A DNA stretch of 64,000 bases from Patellaria atrata CBS 101060 (Eukaryota). This document shows, one piece after another, positions 12,234 to 24,214 of the stretch. The position numbers and the translations under genes were made by a program. Within the stretch, counting starts at the first letter, position 1. Each line of letters starts with the position of its first letter. Below the pieces are notes generated by a model. That model saw nothing but the letters and a program-made list of their open reading frames with translations. It searched no databases and was not told the DNA's origin. The stretch spans positions 65,785 through 129,784 of the forward strand of contig MU006093.1 of assembly GCA_010093705.1 (NCBI GenBank), written 5' to 3'.

Positions 12234-14596
12234 TTACGTACTCTCCATCCCAAGCCGTGCCAGCTCTGACACAAAGTCCTCTGCGTTCATTAGCTCTGTA
12301 CTACCATAGATAACGCGTCTCCTGGCTCCGGTTGGAGAGGCACTACCAGTACTGGTCCTCTTGGTCCAATCTTGCAGATTGCCATATTCGTCCATGCTAC
12401 CTCCACCAACAGTAAAGACGATAGCTTCACTGAAGCCTTGACGGCGCTGGCCGAAGCTTGCTTCGATCCCTCGAGTTGCTGTTGACCCTCCTCCCAGACC
12501 TCCTGCTTGGCTCCGTGCTTGACTGGCGGGAGGCATTGTACCTCGGGCGTTCGGACTCCGCGGATCAAAGTATAGGTAGTTCTCGGTTTTGGCAATGGCT
12601 GATGAGGACGCGTTTTGAGGATCCATGATCGATTCGGTGATTTTGGTTACGGTGAGGTCTTTATTAGCGGGCATGAAATTTTTGAATCCAGAAACGATGT
12701 TCTCCAAATTGGTTCCTAACCCTGCGTCCTTGAAACGGTCTGTAAGCCTGGTAGATATAGAGCTAAAGCCACGGAAGAGCTCGTTGGACGCGGATGATTG
12801 CGGAGCCTGTATTGGAGCAGATGAAATCATCGTCATTCGGGTCAATTCCCGAACCCTGATACAGTATAAGTCAAGTGAAATTAAATCTTGCCTTCTCATC
12901 ACTCACCGTTTAACGTAGGCCAATGATACCGTGTCAGCACCCGCTGTTTTGAGAGCCTCTTCAAAACGGTCCATGTCAGCCCTAGACACTTCCTCTGCTG
13001 TGCTAAGGAACCAAATGATAAATAGTCTAAGTTTATCCAATGGTTCTTTGCCTTTATCTGTACCAGTGACCAATTCCATCATCTGAGCTTTGGTGGTTTT
13101 GCTTATGTTTTCTTCCAATTGATAGAAGTTATCGAGTTGGCGATCCTGAATACCTTTAAGCAACGCGGTAGCGATATTCATATGCATGTCTAACGTTCCT
13201 TTTCGCTCCCTCAATTCCGGTAAAAGTGTGATTGCAGCTTTCAGGTGGTGTGCAGAAGCGCTAACATCATTTTGCAGATCCTCTAAAGACGAAGTGCCGG
13301 TCTTCTTTGTGATTTCCGCAGCGTCATCAGTATATTTCTTCAGTTCCGCGTCAATGTCTTCAGCTACTTGGGGAAAGGGGACGCCTGCATTTCTTGTCCA
13401 GAAGAAATCATTTGAAGTTAGATCATAAGCCTTCTTCGTTGTGCCCTTTGATGGATTGTTCTCGTCTACTGGTGATTCAACTGTTATCCTGTTGAGATGC
13501 ATTTTGAGAACATCGTGAACCAATGATTGGTACGTCCAGGAATGCGATAACATAGGAATGATATCAACGTTTCTGTCAACGATGATGAGAACGGGCCTAG
13601 AGGTTGGGGCTCCTCCGGAGGATGAAGGTCTTTGGGTAGCGTTCGAAAACAGGTTATCCTTGGAATTCAGTATGTGATCCCGAAGTTTCCTGTCTAGCTT
13701 TGCGGCAATCATTTCAGCCGCACCACCCTTTGGACACCTAATAATAGGAATAGAACCTATGTAAATGTATTAGTAAACTAAACGGAAAGGATAGAGAGAG
13801 GTCATACCCATCGTGACCACAACGCTAAATAGCCCACTGACAATTGAGTCTATGCTCGAATCCAGCTGTTCATCGGAGGTTTGCGCGCTGTTCATTGACC
13901 AGTATGTCTCTTTGCCCATGCCTAGACTAAAAAGGTCCGGCTCGCTAACAATGAAGTTCAGATATTGATCATAAATCTGAGCTAGATGTTCAGCTGTTCC
14001 CGCCGCTGCTGTTTGTGCAGCAAAATCTTCCAGCAGTGGGCGCGGTATTGAGGACAAAAAGTTGATATATGCGGGCGAATACAGGGATCTTGCGAGATCC
14101 GAAGTAATGATTTGAAGATTCGCCGAGGTTGGCTCCACGAGATAAATGACAGGTACATCTGGTATAGCATGCCGTGTAGTATTGATATTTCTTCCTCAAG
14201 TTAGCCTAATGATATAGGTTGATGTTGCATAGCCGTGTATAGAGTCACACCGCTCTGGAGGCTCTTCTCAGTACATACAGATGGATTGTCACACCCCAAC
14301 CTCGGAGGTCATTGACACGTAGTACGCTGCTTATCACATCCCTTCCTAAATTATCAAAGACTAGGACCTTCCATATTGGTTCACCGTCAGAGTTAAGTAT
14401 GGGTGTTGTTTGAGGTAGCAAGTCGTTCGCATTTGGATCACGGTGTGCATCTGAAGGCTGTGGAGAGGATTGATTTAAATTCAGGATCCTTTCGATGGAT
14501 GCTATGACACAGAGTTAGAATGAGCATTAAACTTGCAATAGAAAGTCTAAGCTTACCCACTTGGCGGTCTCTCAACGTCTGGTGATTTGAGGCCAT
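12234..14596 (-). CDS. SLY1: Sec1/Munc18-family protein Sly1 (ER-Golgi SNARE regulator), multi-exon
   Basis: [13 protein letters not shown] start; [55 protein letters not shown]; introns include 14191-14278, about 13758-13808 and about 12856-12907. Confidence 0.93.
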
Positions 14597-15964
14597 ATTG
14601 TACGGAAGTTAGGCTGGATCCAGCCAACACTATTCATCACTTCATAAGGTAAAGGAAGCTAGAGATGTGGGTATAGAAGCAGACTCGAGTTTCAGATTCA
14701 GGGAGGTTCCGATGGAAATTGTGTTTGTGCCTTGTAAGAAGTTTTCAACTGTCGCCTTCAAAGAGAAAACCGTCCTTGTCTACGATTATAGACAACTTGA
14801 CATAATGTACAAAAGGGTGACGCTGAGCCCTTCGGCGAATTAAGGTACCGCGCTTGGCTGGGCAGGTTGGAAAGTGGCACGTGCGGAGGTGCTTTAAAGC
14901 TCTGCGGTCGGCGCCTCGCTCTCCTCACTTCTGCAACTCATCCAACCCTCACCCATCACCCATCACCCATCATCCATCTTCGTATCGTGCTCTTTCTCTT
15001 TTTAATCCAGGTGCCATCAGCAGCCTAATCCTTACAGTGACACGCATTGCTTTACTGAAGTCCTCTGTTTATGAATGGCCAGATAACTGGCAAAGTGGGC
15101 TTGGTGTTCTCATCGTGGCGGAAGTTGCGCGGTCGGGCGTGAAAGGTGAAGTGAAAGATTGACGCAACCCAAGGCAGCACAAAGCACAAAGCAACACAGT
15201 GAAGGCTGGTCTCTTAAGGTATTGTTGATCACATACCGGCACTTTTAAAAGTGTTAAGCAGATTGTATTCCTGTGAAGCTACACCAAAAAGAGATCTCGT
15301 GAAGTTCTCTTAAGATCACCTTTAAAGTTCGTTCATAAGAAAATCTCACCCATTTCCTTCAGGCGGGCCGCTTGTTGAAGAGTACAGCGGAAGTCATTGC
15401 CTTGGGTACAGCTAGGATCGAGCAAGGGCTATTATTCTACAAAAGTACCACACGTAACAGTTCCCTCACTCAACTTCAGAGCCAGAAACCGAGACAAGAC
15501 AGCAGCAAGTTCACCCAAGGCAGATAAACGACAGGCTTTGCTTTGTCTTACACGCCCGTTAGGAGGGACTGACTGCCCTGGAAGACCCCTTTCGAGTTCT
15601 CAAATCACATATTCCGCAACCGCAGAAAAGGACTCAACCGCAAATCGAACTTCATTATTTGGGGAAGGGCCTTGTCCGTTTTCTTTCCTGCCGTGCACCG
15701 ACTACGGTTTAGTCTTTGGGCCGCTTTGAGCTTTTAGGCCAGAGAAGTATTGGTCACGTGTTGGTGTAGACGTGTGCCTCCAAGGGCATTTGGGCTTCTG
15801 CTAAGGAAACTCGCGCAGACTTGGCAAAGGGAAAGTTTTCTTCTCCCCCATGCTTAAAGCGGCAAGTCGTCTGCACGAATCAAAATAAATCCATCTCGTC
15901 TATCTCGTCTACCGTACTCAGCCTGTGAGGTATAGTCATTCGCTTATTCCTCACTAATCCCAAA

Positions 15965-18900
15965 ATGGCATCCGATCGGGGTCACGTGCAGCTGGATGAT
16001 GCACTCCAAAACGGTCATAATAATTTGTTCTCTGATGGTGAACTGAACGGTTATCATAATCTCTTCCCGCCAAATACTCATGAGCAAACCTTTGAGCACA
16101 CCTGGGCTATTGATCCGACTCTCTCTGTCCCTCGCAGCCAGACAGCTCCTGGTTGGCAATCGCAACACCAACAACATCAAACCCAGCATCTATCACCACC
16201 TCATGCTGCCACCTTCAACAACTTCTACAATCGCTCCTACTCCAACAGTCCAGCTGCCTATCATGATTCGAGCTCATACCCGACCCATGGCCCTGCAGCT
16301 ATTCACGCCTTCCAACAGCAGGCCTTGGACCCTGCCTTGATGACTCCGTCTACTGGTCAACGCAGTTCTCCCTACAACTTGAACATGCCATTGCCTACCT
16401 ATCCTGCTTCCGCAGCTCAAGTTCAATCCGCCACCATAGCACCTGCTGCTTTGCAAACCAATCTTCCGCTTTCAATACACTCACAAGTAAATCCAGCTGC
16501 TCTTCGTGTAAGTACATCTTCTACCCAACAATGCTTTGCTTCACTAACTCATGCACGATCCAGGACTCGAGGAGGGGAAGTAACTCGATTGGAACGTCAA
16601 ATGATCCTTCGGTGCAAAAGATTGCCGTTGATCGTTCCCAATTCTTTGATGCACCCAAGGGCACGGTGAAAGGTGATTTTATTATCGTGGATTTTGACCA
16701 GTTAGCCAAAGCAACCAAGTCTAGAAGGTTACATAACTTTTTAAATATTGGTGAACTCTCCCAAGAACTACCAATCACAAAGTGTAAGCTTAATCAATGC
16801 TTCGATAAATGCACCGGTGATATCACTGACCTTACCAAAGCTACAATTCCTCAATATGTGCCCCGGAAGTCACGCAACGAAATCAAAGTATTAGCACCTG
16901 ATGACAAGAAACTTCTTGGTAATGTTGGTCGTGCATTTGCAATGAACACTGCTAATAATCATTTAGCCAAAATCTCTAAGAAATCGTCAAAGAAGGGTAA
17001 AATAATTGTTCCAAAAGCGAATCGAACCAAATCACCTTCTACAGTCCGTTCCCCGGGAAGTGTGAAAGACGAAATTTCCGAGTCGGAGACGGAAACCGAG
17101 ACATCCGATGATGATTCGGAATACGAGTCGTCGGATGACGAGGAAGTTGCACCATTACCAAGTTCCCGGCCATCTGCACCTCTGGAAGCTGTCAAATACG
17201 ATACTATCAAAGCCGTCTGGCGACCATCCCGACGGTCACCCGACCCCGACCAGATACGTAATGGATTAAAGGATTTCTGGGAAGTCATCCGCACCATTAG
17301 GGATCGCTGGAAGATGGACAGCGCAGCGGTGAAGACAGCTGAGGAAGCAAAGAAGCCTTCTGAAATTCCTCTTCTCAAAGATAGGGTAAAGAATCAGCGA
17401 GATATGTTTGAGATTTCTTTGAAAACTGCTCTAGAACATGGTCATCCCGGCATACTCAAACTGTAAGTTTCTCCCCTTACCATACCCCCTTTTTATTTGT
17501 GAAAAACTTGCACCACTCAGAAAAAAAAAGAAAAAGAAAAAAGGGGGGGGGGGAAGTTGAGACATTGGGCCTCAAAAGGTGTGCTCGCGCTCCTCAATAG
17601 TGTACCATGCTGTCATGTAGATCTACAGCGTGTCCCTGACTCTGGCTTTCACTGTCGCACGTCGTGTGTCTTATGACTTGTCGGTTTCACTGGCCCGTAA
17701 GGAAGTGTTTGTTGCGTTGTTTTCATGATCCACGCGTATTAAGCGGCAGCTTTATTCCCGAGAGACTCGTCACTGGCCAGAACTTAAATCTTTCCGTGAA
17801 ATATATCCTCTCAGAATTTGCACAATATAAACCTCGACTACAAAATACACGTAGACTAATTCTTGCATGACCAGATTCGGAGAAAATGTGGCATTTTTAT
17901 TCGTCGCCTACCAGTTTCTTGCCGATCGTTTGAAAGATAAAGATGTCAACGGTGAATTGGCCACAGCAACCCTCCAAGTACGTCAAACCTTTACCCAAAG
18001 TTTTTGTGTCATTGCTAATTCTCCTATAGCTTCTGTCTCACTGTACAACAATTACCACCGAATCCCTTGAGAAGACAAACCTCCTAAAAGCTCTAAAGGT
18101 CTACACTAACAAGGCGGATGAAAAACGGCAAGCTTTCACAAAGAAGATCATCGCCGATGCCGAAACGTATAGCAAGACCAAGGCCATATCTGCCAAAGAT
18201 GAGAAAGCAGCAAAGGAGAAAGAGGTGAAGGTAAAGCCTGAACCCGGAACGCGCATATCTACGGATCCCGTCTCAGGAGTCAAGCGGCCAAGGCCCAACG
18301 AAGTAGTTACTGCGCAAGCACCAAAACGAATCGCATCTGGGACGACAAGTATTACATCAAGGAATGTCCCGGCCGTCAAAGGTGGGCTGTTGGCAAAAGC
18401 TCCAGTTGCTGCCGCCGGAGGTCCAAAAGTTGGAGGTATCGCAGCAGGTAACACTGTAGCTAAACCAAAGGGTCATCAAATCATTGCGAAACCGAACAAT
18501 TTCATTGCCGGCTTGACAAGTGCGTCAAAAAAGTCATCTGTTCAATCCCCAACACCGGCCCAAACCAAGACAATTACCGAGAAGAAAGCACTCGCACCAC
18601 CGGTATCGGGGGCAGCTGCGAAACCCGCCTTCTCCTTCGCAGACACTCTTGCCAGTATAACCAACCCTAAGGAACCGGAGAAGAAGGCTCAACCAGTCGA
18701 CAGTCGACCGCTCGAGACCGAAGAAGAAAGGAAGAAGCGTCTCAGAAAGGAGGAACGCCGCAAGCTACGCGTTACTTTCAAGCCTGATCACCAACTAGTA
18801 AGTGTAAGATTGTTCACGCATGACCCGGAGGAAGAGATTGGTCACGACGCAAGTCAAGTTCGCGATGTTGGTGATGTTGGCGGAGAAGGTCGCATGTTCA

Positions 18901-19910
18901 AGCAGCACAAAGAGATGATGGATCTCGATGACGATGATGATACTCCCCGTGAAGAAGAGTTCTTCAATTATAAAACGCCTTCTTCAATTGACTTTACTAC
19001 CGTTGACAAAGAGGAACGGGATCGTAACTACGAACCGTATGGCGGAGGAGTCAAAAAGCCTGATCAAACCGAAAGTCGTGTCCGTGAGCAACATGACGCG
19101 AGTACTCTTATGGTATTCTATGCAACCTCTGCGGACATACCTCCATCCCCTCGTGAACCCTCAGATCAGCAAAGTGGTGAGCCCAGCCATCCCCTCGTTC
19201 CCTTCGGCATTCCACCCGAATATGTCTTGCAGCGCGCTGCCCGATTCGGAGGGCCAAGCCAGGCAAATCCGGCTCCTTATCCCACCCCATCTGCTACACC
19301 CGATGTATCAGCGATATTGAGCATGCTCAACGGTGGTGGCCAGCCTGCCCAACCAGCGCCTGTTGTTCAACCTCAAGCTCCCCCTATAGATTTGGAGAGG
19401 ATCTTCGCCTCATTCTCTAACCCACCGCAGACGCAACAACAATCCTACCCCCAACCGCCTCGGGAAGCAATGGCAGCAATGGTACCCCAATCACAGGCTA
19501 CCCCGTCGGTTGACCTTCAAGCTATTCTAGATGGTCTGAGGACCGCTCAAGCACAGCCACCTGCTCAACAGCAACCGCAAGCGCCAGCCTTCCAAGCAGC
19601 CCCTAACATGGCGAACTTGGGTGCTATTCTCGCTCAGATTCAGCAGCCCAATACGGCGCCGCTACCACAGCTTTTCAACTACCAGAATGCATACGGTACT
19701 CCCCAACAGGTCTACGAAGACCCGGAGCGGAAACGGTTCAGAGAGAATGGCGATCAAGACGACTACAACGGAAGCTTTAAGAAGCAGAAGAAAGGAGGCT
19801 TCGCCCCTAGGAAGTGGGTGTTGCCTTGTAGGTTCTGGAAAGTCGGGAAGTGTACCAAGGGGGATGAGTGTACCTATCTCCACGAGGGTGCGACGCAAAA
19901 CCAACATTGA
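15965..19910 (+). CDS. PNUTS/Ppn1/Ref2-like PP1 regulatory subunit (TFIIS-N-like helical domain, RVxF motif, C-terminal CCCH finger)
   Basis: Introns 16508-16563, 16784-16840, 16919-16966, 17463-17874 and 17978-18029 keep one frame; RRKLRVTFKPDHQLVSVRLF (RVxF followed by a hydrophobic pair); terminal CRFWKVGKCTKGDECTYLH (C-x7-C-x5-C-x3-H). Confidence 0.72.
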
Positions 19911-20837
19911 GGATGGGTTTCTGAATTATGATTTCTACTTTACTACTCCATAGCGTGGGCGTTATGACTAATGCATGGGTGGGCTAAGGGTGCATATCTA
20001 TGGGAATATTTCATGGCTGCTATATTTGTATTTTAATACTCAACACTTTCCGCAGCAAGTGTTGGTGGGCATGGGATCTGACTCGTCGGGTAGACGACCA
20101 TGCTGTTGGGTCCTCTCATGAGGATCTCTTTCATATCATATTCAGGTGTCTCGACGCGACCTGTAGTATCGAATGTTACAAATTTAATTACTCATGTCTC
20201 TCCCCTCGTAAATAATGTTTCGTTAATGAGCTCTATGATTCCTTTCATTTTATGGTTTGTTTCATCGAGCTTGCCCTCGTATCTAATTTTAGATGTTTTC
20301 TATATCTTTCGTTAGGTTTGTTCAGCGCCCTATGCACACCGTCGCTCTATACAATGTTCTACGTAGGTAGGTATAGTACAGTCCACTTCCCACGTACGAC
20401 CCAGTTCTCATGAAGAATTCCACCCATCTCATATAGCCCAATCCTTTGGTACAGTCTACCTCCATATGCACGGTCCCTTTCCTTTTGCTCACACCGTTCT
20501 TTTTGGTTAGAAATAGCCATTTGGTACCGAAGGATCTTTTAGAGCAGGAGAGCGGGTTGCGTCGTAGAAAACGTTAGACATCTCTAAAAGCGGAATTGTT
20601 CAATTTGAATCGATAATGTCTGACGTAAATTGGAGAAATTACCTTTTGGGATAGCGTTCAATCGCCTAAAGGTTCTCAAATTAGTAACAACCATGTTTCC
20701 CGTAAGGTTGATACCGCTTTATAGAGGCCCAGCTGAGTGAAGTCTCACAATGAAGTCAGGGACAATCTTGTCGTAAATATAGCAAGTATCCAGTGAGTGA
20801 GAACTAGGGGGTTATCTTTTTTCTTTGAGAATGTTAA

Positions 20838-21887
20838 CTATGTGACCATCGCACCCATAGCCAACTCTACAACCCTCCTCCCCTTCTCACCACCCAGCCA
20901 ATCACTCCTCTCCCCCTCTTCCTCCAAATCAACCTCCTGACAAGCTTCATAGCCCCTCACAACCATATCCTCATCCACGCCCACCCCATTTTCCACCAAC
21001 GCCCGAATAACCCCGGTAACTCTCGCAATCTCCCTCCTCGTCGCCGGCGCGATCTCCTCATTCTGACTACTGTAAACCCCCAAACTCACCTGCTCCTCCA
21101 ACTTGGTGATACTGATATCCTTGTTCCCCTGCGCGCTATTCACATGCTTCGAGATCCAGATGTACCCATTCACGCCCAATATGACGTCGACCTCGCCGCC
21201 CCCGTTCGCAGTGGTGAGCGTAAAGACCTGCCGACGGGAGCGTGCCACGCCGCCTTTACGACCCCGCGAGCCCCCCGTGCCGGAGACAGAGAGGAAGTAC
21301 CCGTTACGCAACTTGCCGTACTTGAGGGAGCGGGTATGCAGACCTGCGCTCCCGTCTTGAAACAGGGCCTGCACCTCCGCGACCAGCAAATCGCCTTCGG
21401 TGAAGAAAGTCCGGATATTCAGCTCGTCAACTGCCGTCCGCTTCCTCAGTATCCCTCCGGGCAGGTTTATCGCGGAGAGCGGCAGCGCGGCCAGCAAGGC
21501 TGCCGCGACGTCGACTTTCCACCTCCGCGCTTGCACCTCGACGATGCGGCCGACGACCAGGTCGCCAATTTCAGGCGTGTACCGCGCCCGGAGCGGAGTC
21601 ACGGAGAGCAGTTTGTTGGTTTTGAGAACGGTCCCGGCGACGGTAGAGAGGATGCTGGTCGTGGAGGGTGGTATGTAGGTCCCGTGGCCGCGCATCCATT
21701 GCGGGTCTGAGGTTACGAGTTCGCCGGGTGTCACGACAGATTTGCGCGCGCGTTTTACGGAGTGTGTTGGCTCGTCGATGTCCATGTCTATGTCGCTCGT
21801 GGAGTCATAATCGTGGGAGTTGGTGGTGGTGGGGTGTGTCTGGCGGGGAGGTTTGGGCGGCGCTGGGGGAAGGATTGTAATGGGCAT
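20838..21887 (-). CDS. RRP4: RNA exosome cap subunit Rrp4 (S1 + KH), intronless
   Basis: [56 protein letters not shown]; likely ATG at 21887. Confidence 0.95.
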   Translation of the reverse strand: MPITILPPAPPKPPRQTHPTTTNSHDYDSTSDIDMDIDEPTHSVKRARKSVVTPGELVTSDPQWMRGHGTYIPPSTTSILSTVAGTVLKTNKLLSVTPLRARYTPEIGDLVVGRIVEVQARRWKVDVAAALLAALPLSAINLPGGILRKRTAVDELNIRTFFTEGDLLVAEVQALFQDGSAGLHTRSLKYGKLRNGYFLSVSGTGGSRGRKGGVARSRRQVFTLTTANGGGEVDVILGVNGYIWISKHVNSAQGNKDISITKLEEQVSLGVYSSQNEEIAPATRREIARVTGVIRALVENGVGVDEDMVVRGYEACQEVDLEEEGERSDWLGGEKGRRVVELAMGAMVT

Positions 21888-22118
21888 TGTGAGGGGGAGA
21901 AAGAAGAGGAGGGCAAGTTGGGAGGAGAGGTGTTGGATGCTTTGGTGTGTATTTGATTTGTAGAGTTGCATGCATTACGAGTGGGAGGTATTTGACATTG
22001 AGATTGCATATCCAAAAAATATCACCAACGTCAGAGCTACCCCTGTCCGATTTTCTTTGCCAAGATAACCTTAAATCTATACCTTCTTGACAGCTTCATT
22101 CCGTACCTGGTAGTCTTT

Positions 22119-22189
22119 CACTCTCATTGACATCTTCACTTTCACTTTCACCCTCTTTGACTTCTTCTTTTCCCACTCTCATTGACATC
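22119..22189. repeat. 16-bp direct repeat in the RRP4/PLD divergent promoter
   Basis: CACTCTCATTGACATC at 22119-22134 and 22174-22189 in a pyrimidine-rich tract. Confidence 0.8.
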
Positions 22190-22393
22190 CTCTCTTTCAC
22201 TCTCAGCGTACTTCCGTACCCTTCGGACAGCTTGTTCCCTTAGGATTCACGCTTTAACTGGAATCTACCTTAAGACTTGTTTGAGCTTGGATGCTCTAGT
22301 TCTACAGCCCAGGGCTTCGCTTCTACCTCTTATATACATATCAGCATCGTTCTGTTTCAACTTATTAGGGGTTATCTTTCAACGGAAATATTC

Positions 22394-23830
22394 ATGGCTT
22401 CAACAACAGAGACAGATCCGACTCAAGTCGTTTCGGATTGGATCAAAGACTTACAACTGTCCAACATTAAAGCCGATGACCCGAACTACTATACCGGGAA
22501 TCCCTCAATGCTACAAACTAAATCTTCTCAACATACCTTCTCTATAGGCAGTGGGGATGACATCTACAGTGGAGTGGTACCGTCTCTATTGGAAGCTGAA
22601 CGTGAGATCATCTTGGTCACTTGTTTCTGGGCTCCATCATCAACATTGTCAAAGCTGTCAGATGCATTGAAGAAGATTTCTCAAATTCGGATTGAGCAAA
22701 ACAAGCCTAATCTTCTAGTATTCATTTGTCTGTCGTCATTATCGATATCTCAAAAGCTATTTCAGACGTCGTCTCTCAGTGGCAAAAGACAGAGCAATCA
22801 ATCTTTGGGACTTCCACCACCGGAAGAGCTACGGGGACTTGATCTTCATATCAAGAGCATTTTTGTCAAACCCTTTAGCGTAATGCACCCCAAATTCATA
22901 ATCGTAGATCGGTCCAAAGTCTGGCTACCCAGTTGTAACGTGAGCTGGGAGACCTGGTTTGAAGGATGCATTACACTTTCAGGCCCAATTGTCCAATACT
23001 TTGTAACATTCTGGCAAAAGTTCTGGATGCCGGATCGTCCGCCTATTGACGTACTGGATTTTGCGAACAGAAGGAAGAACGAAGTGTCGGCCTCCAGCTC
23101 AACAGCGACCTTCCGTCACATGTTGGAAGCAGCTGCTGCCCCAGACTCCTCAAACATCCACTCCGCCATCGAACTGAACATCACAAACACCTTCACCCTC
23201 TTCCTCCCCTCCCCGCACCATTTGAACCCACGATTCCGTCCCTTCCCCACTCAACCCGTACCACCCCCATATTCCACTCCACTCAATTCCTTTCTCCTGT
23301 ATGCCGTCCGAACAGCCAGCCGTACGCTCTATATCCAAACTCCCAATCTGACTTCCGCTCCTTTCATCGCCTCTCTCACCTCTGCGCTAGAAAGGGGCGT
23401 AAACATCCATATTGTAACTTCCGAAAAGCTCATGCGGCTCGAACAACTCGTAACCGCTGGTACCACTACAAACCGCTGCGTGCGCAGTCTGATCTCTTTG
23501 TACAAAATCCTCCTCAAGAGCTCCTGTGCCGGTCCACCGGATGGGGAAACGGGTGCGGACAGGTGTACGGTTGGGGGGTTGAAAATCGAATATTACTCTC
23601 CAATCGAAGCGGGCAAGAAGGAACCGGTGCAGTCTCACTTGAAGTTGACAGTTGTGGATGGGTGGATTACAATACTTGGGAGTGGGAATATGGACCGTGC
23701 GAGTTGGTATACAAGTCAGGAGCTAGGTGTTGCTTTTTTTGATAGGGTCCTCGCCGAGAAGATTGTGCGCACCGTCGAGACAGGGCTTGACGGAAGGGTT
23801 AAGAAGGTATATAGGAGTGGCGGCGATTAG
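22394..23830 (+). CDS. Phospholipase D superfamily protein with two HKD motifs (cardiolipin-synthase/nuclease-like)
   Basis: HPKFIIVD..PSCNVS and HLKLTVVD..GSGNMD..SQELG motifs; intronless. Confidence 0.85.
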   Translation: MASTTETDPTQVVSDWIKDLQLSNIKADDPNYYTGNPSMLQTKSSQHTFSIGSGDDIYSGVVPSLLEAEREIILVTCFWAPSSTLSKLSDALKKISQIRIEQNKPNLLVFICLSSLSISQKLFQTSSLSGKRQSNQSLGLPPPEELRGLDLHIKSIFVKPFSVMHPKFIIVDRSKVWLPSCNVSWETWFEGCITLSGPIVQYFVTFWQKFWMPDRPPIDVLDFANRRKNEVSASSSTATFRHMLEAAAAPDSSNIHSAIELNITNTFTLFLPSPHHLNPRFRPFPTQPVPPPYSTPLNSFLLYAVRTASRTLYIQTPNLTSAPFIASLTSALERGVNIHIVTSEKLMRLEQLVTAGTTTNRCVRSLISLYKILLKSSCAGPPDGETGADRCTVGGLKIEYYSPIEAGKKEPVQSHLKLTVVDGWITILGSGNMDRASWYTSQELGVAFFDRVLAEKIVRTVETGLDGRVKKVYRSGGD

Positions 23831-23983
23831 GCATAAGCGTACCACTGTTAGAGAGCACATGTGGTTTGAACGAGTCCCTTTGGAGTATTTTCTACAACAC
23901 CAGCGAAGCAGGTGAAAAATGATTTGTAAAGGAAAACTTTTGTACTTCTATTAGGAAGTAGGGTATCTAGATACGAAAACTCC

Positions 23984-24074
23984 ACCTGTTCCTCCTCTAT
24001 TGATTTTCCTTACCTGTTCCTCCTCTATTGATTTCCTTACCTGTTCCTCCATTGGCTTCCTTGCCTGTTCCTCC
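23984..24074. repeat. 24-28-bp minisatellite, about 4 copies, downstream of the Bys1-like stop codon
   Basis: ACCTGTTCCTCCTCTATTGATTT(T)CCTT twice, then ACCTGTTCCTCCATTGGCTTCCTT and GCCTGTTCCTCC. Confidence 0.9.
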
Positions 24075-24214
24075 ACGTCTAGGTCCTCTCCCTTTTCTCC
24101 TGCCGTACGTAAACCCCTTCCCGCCCGCGGGTTCCAGACTTGATATTGCTGTGCTTGATCATAATCTAATTCCTGTAGACCCGACATCCTTCTCCCACCA
24201 ACCGAATGACCCCA

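Noticed and set aside
23984..24074. CRISPR-like appearance of 24-28-bp repeats
   Set aside because: Units are directly adjacent with no unique spacers, there are no cas genes, and the genome is eukaryotic.
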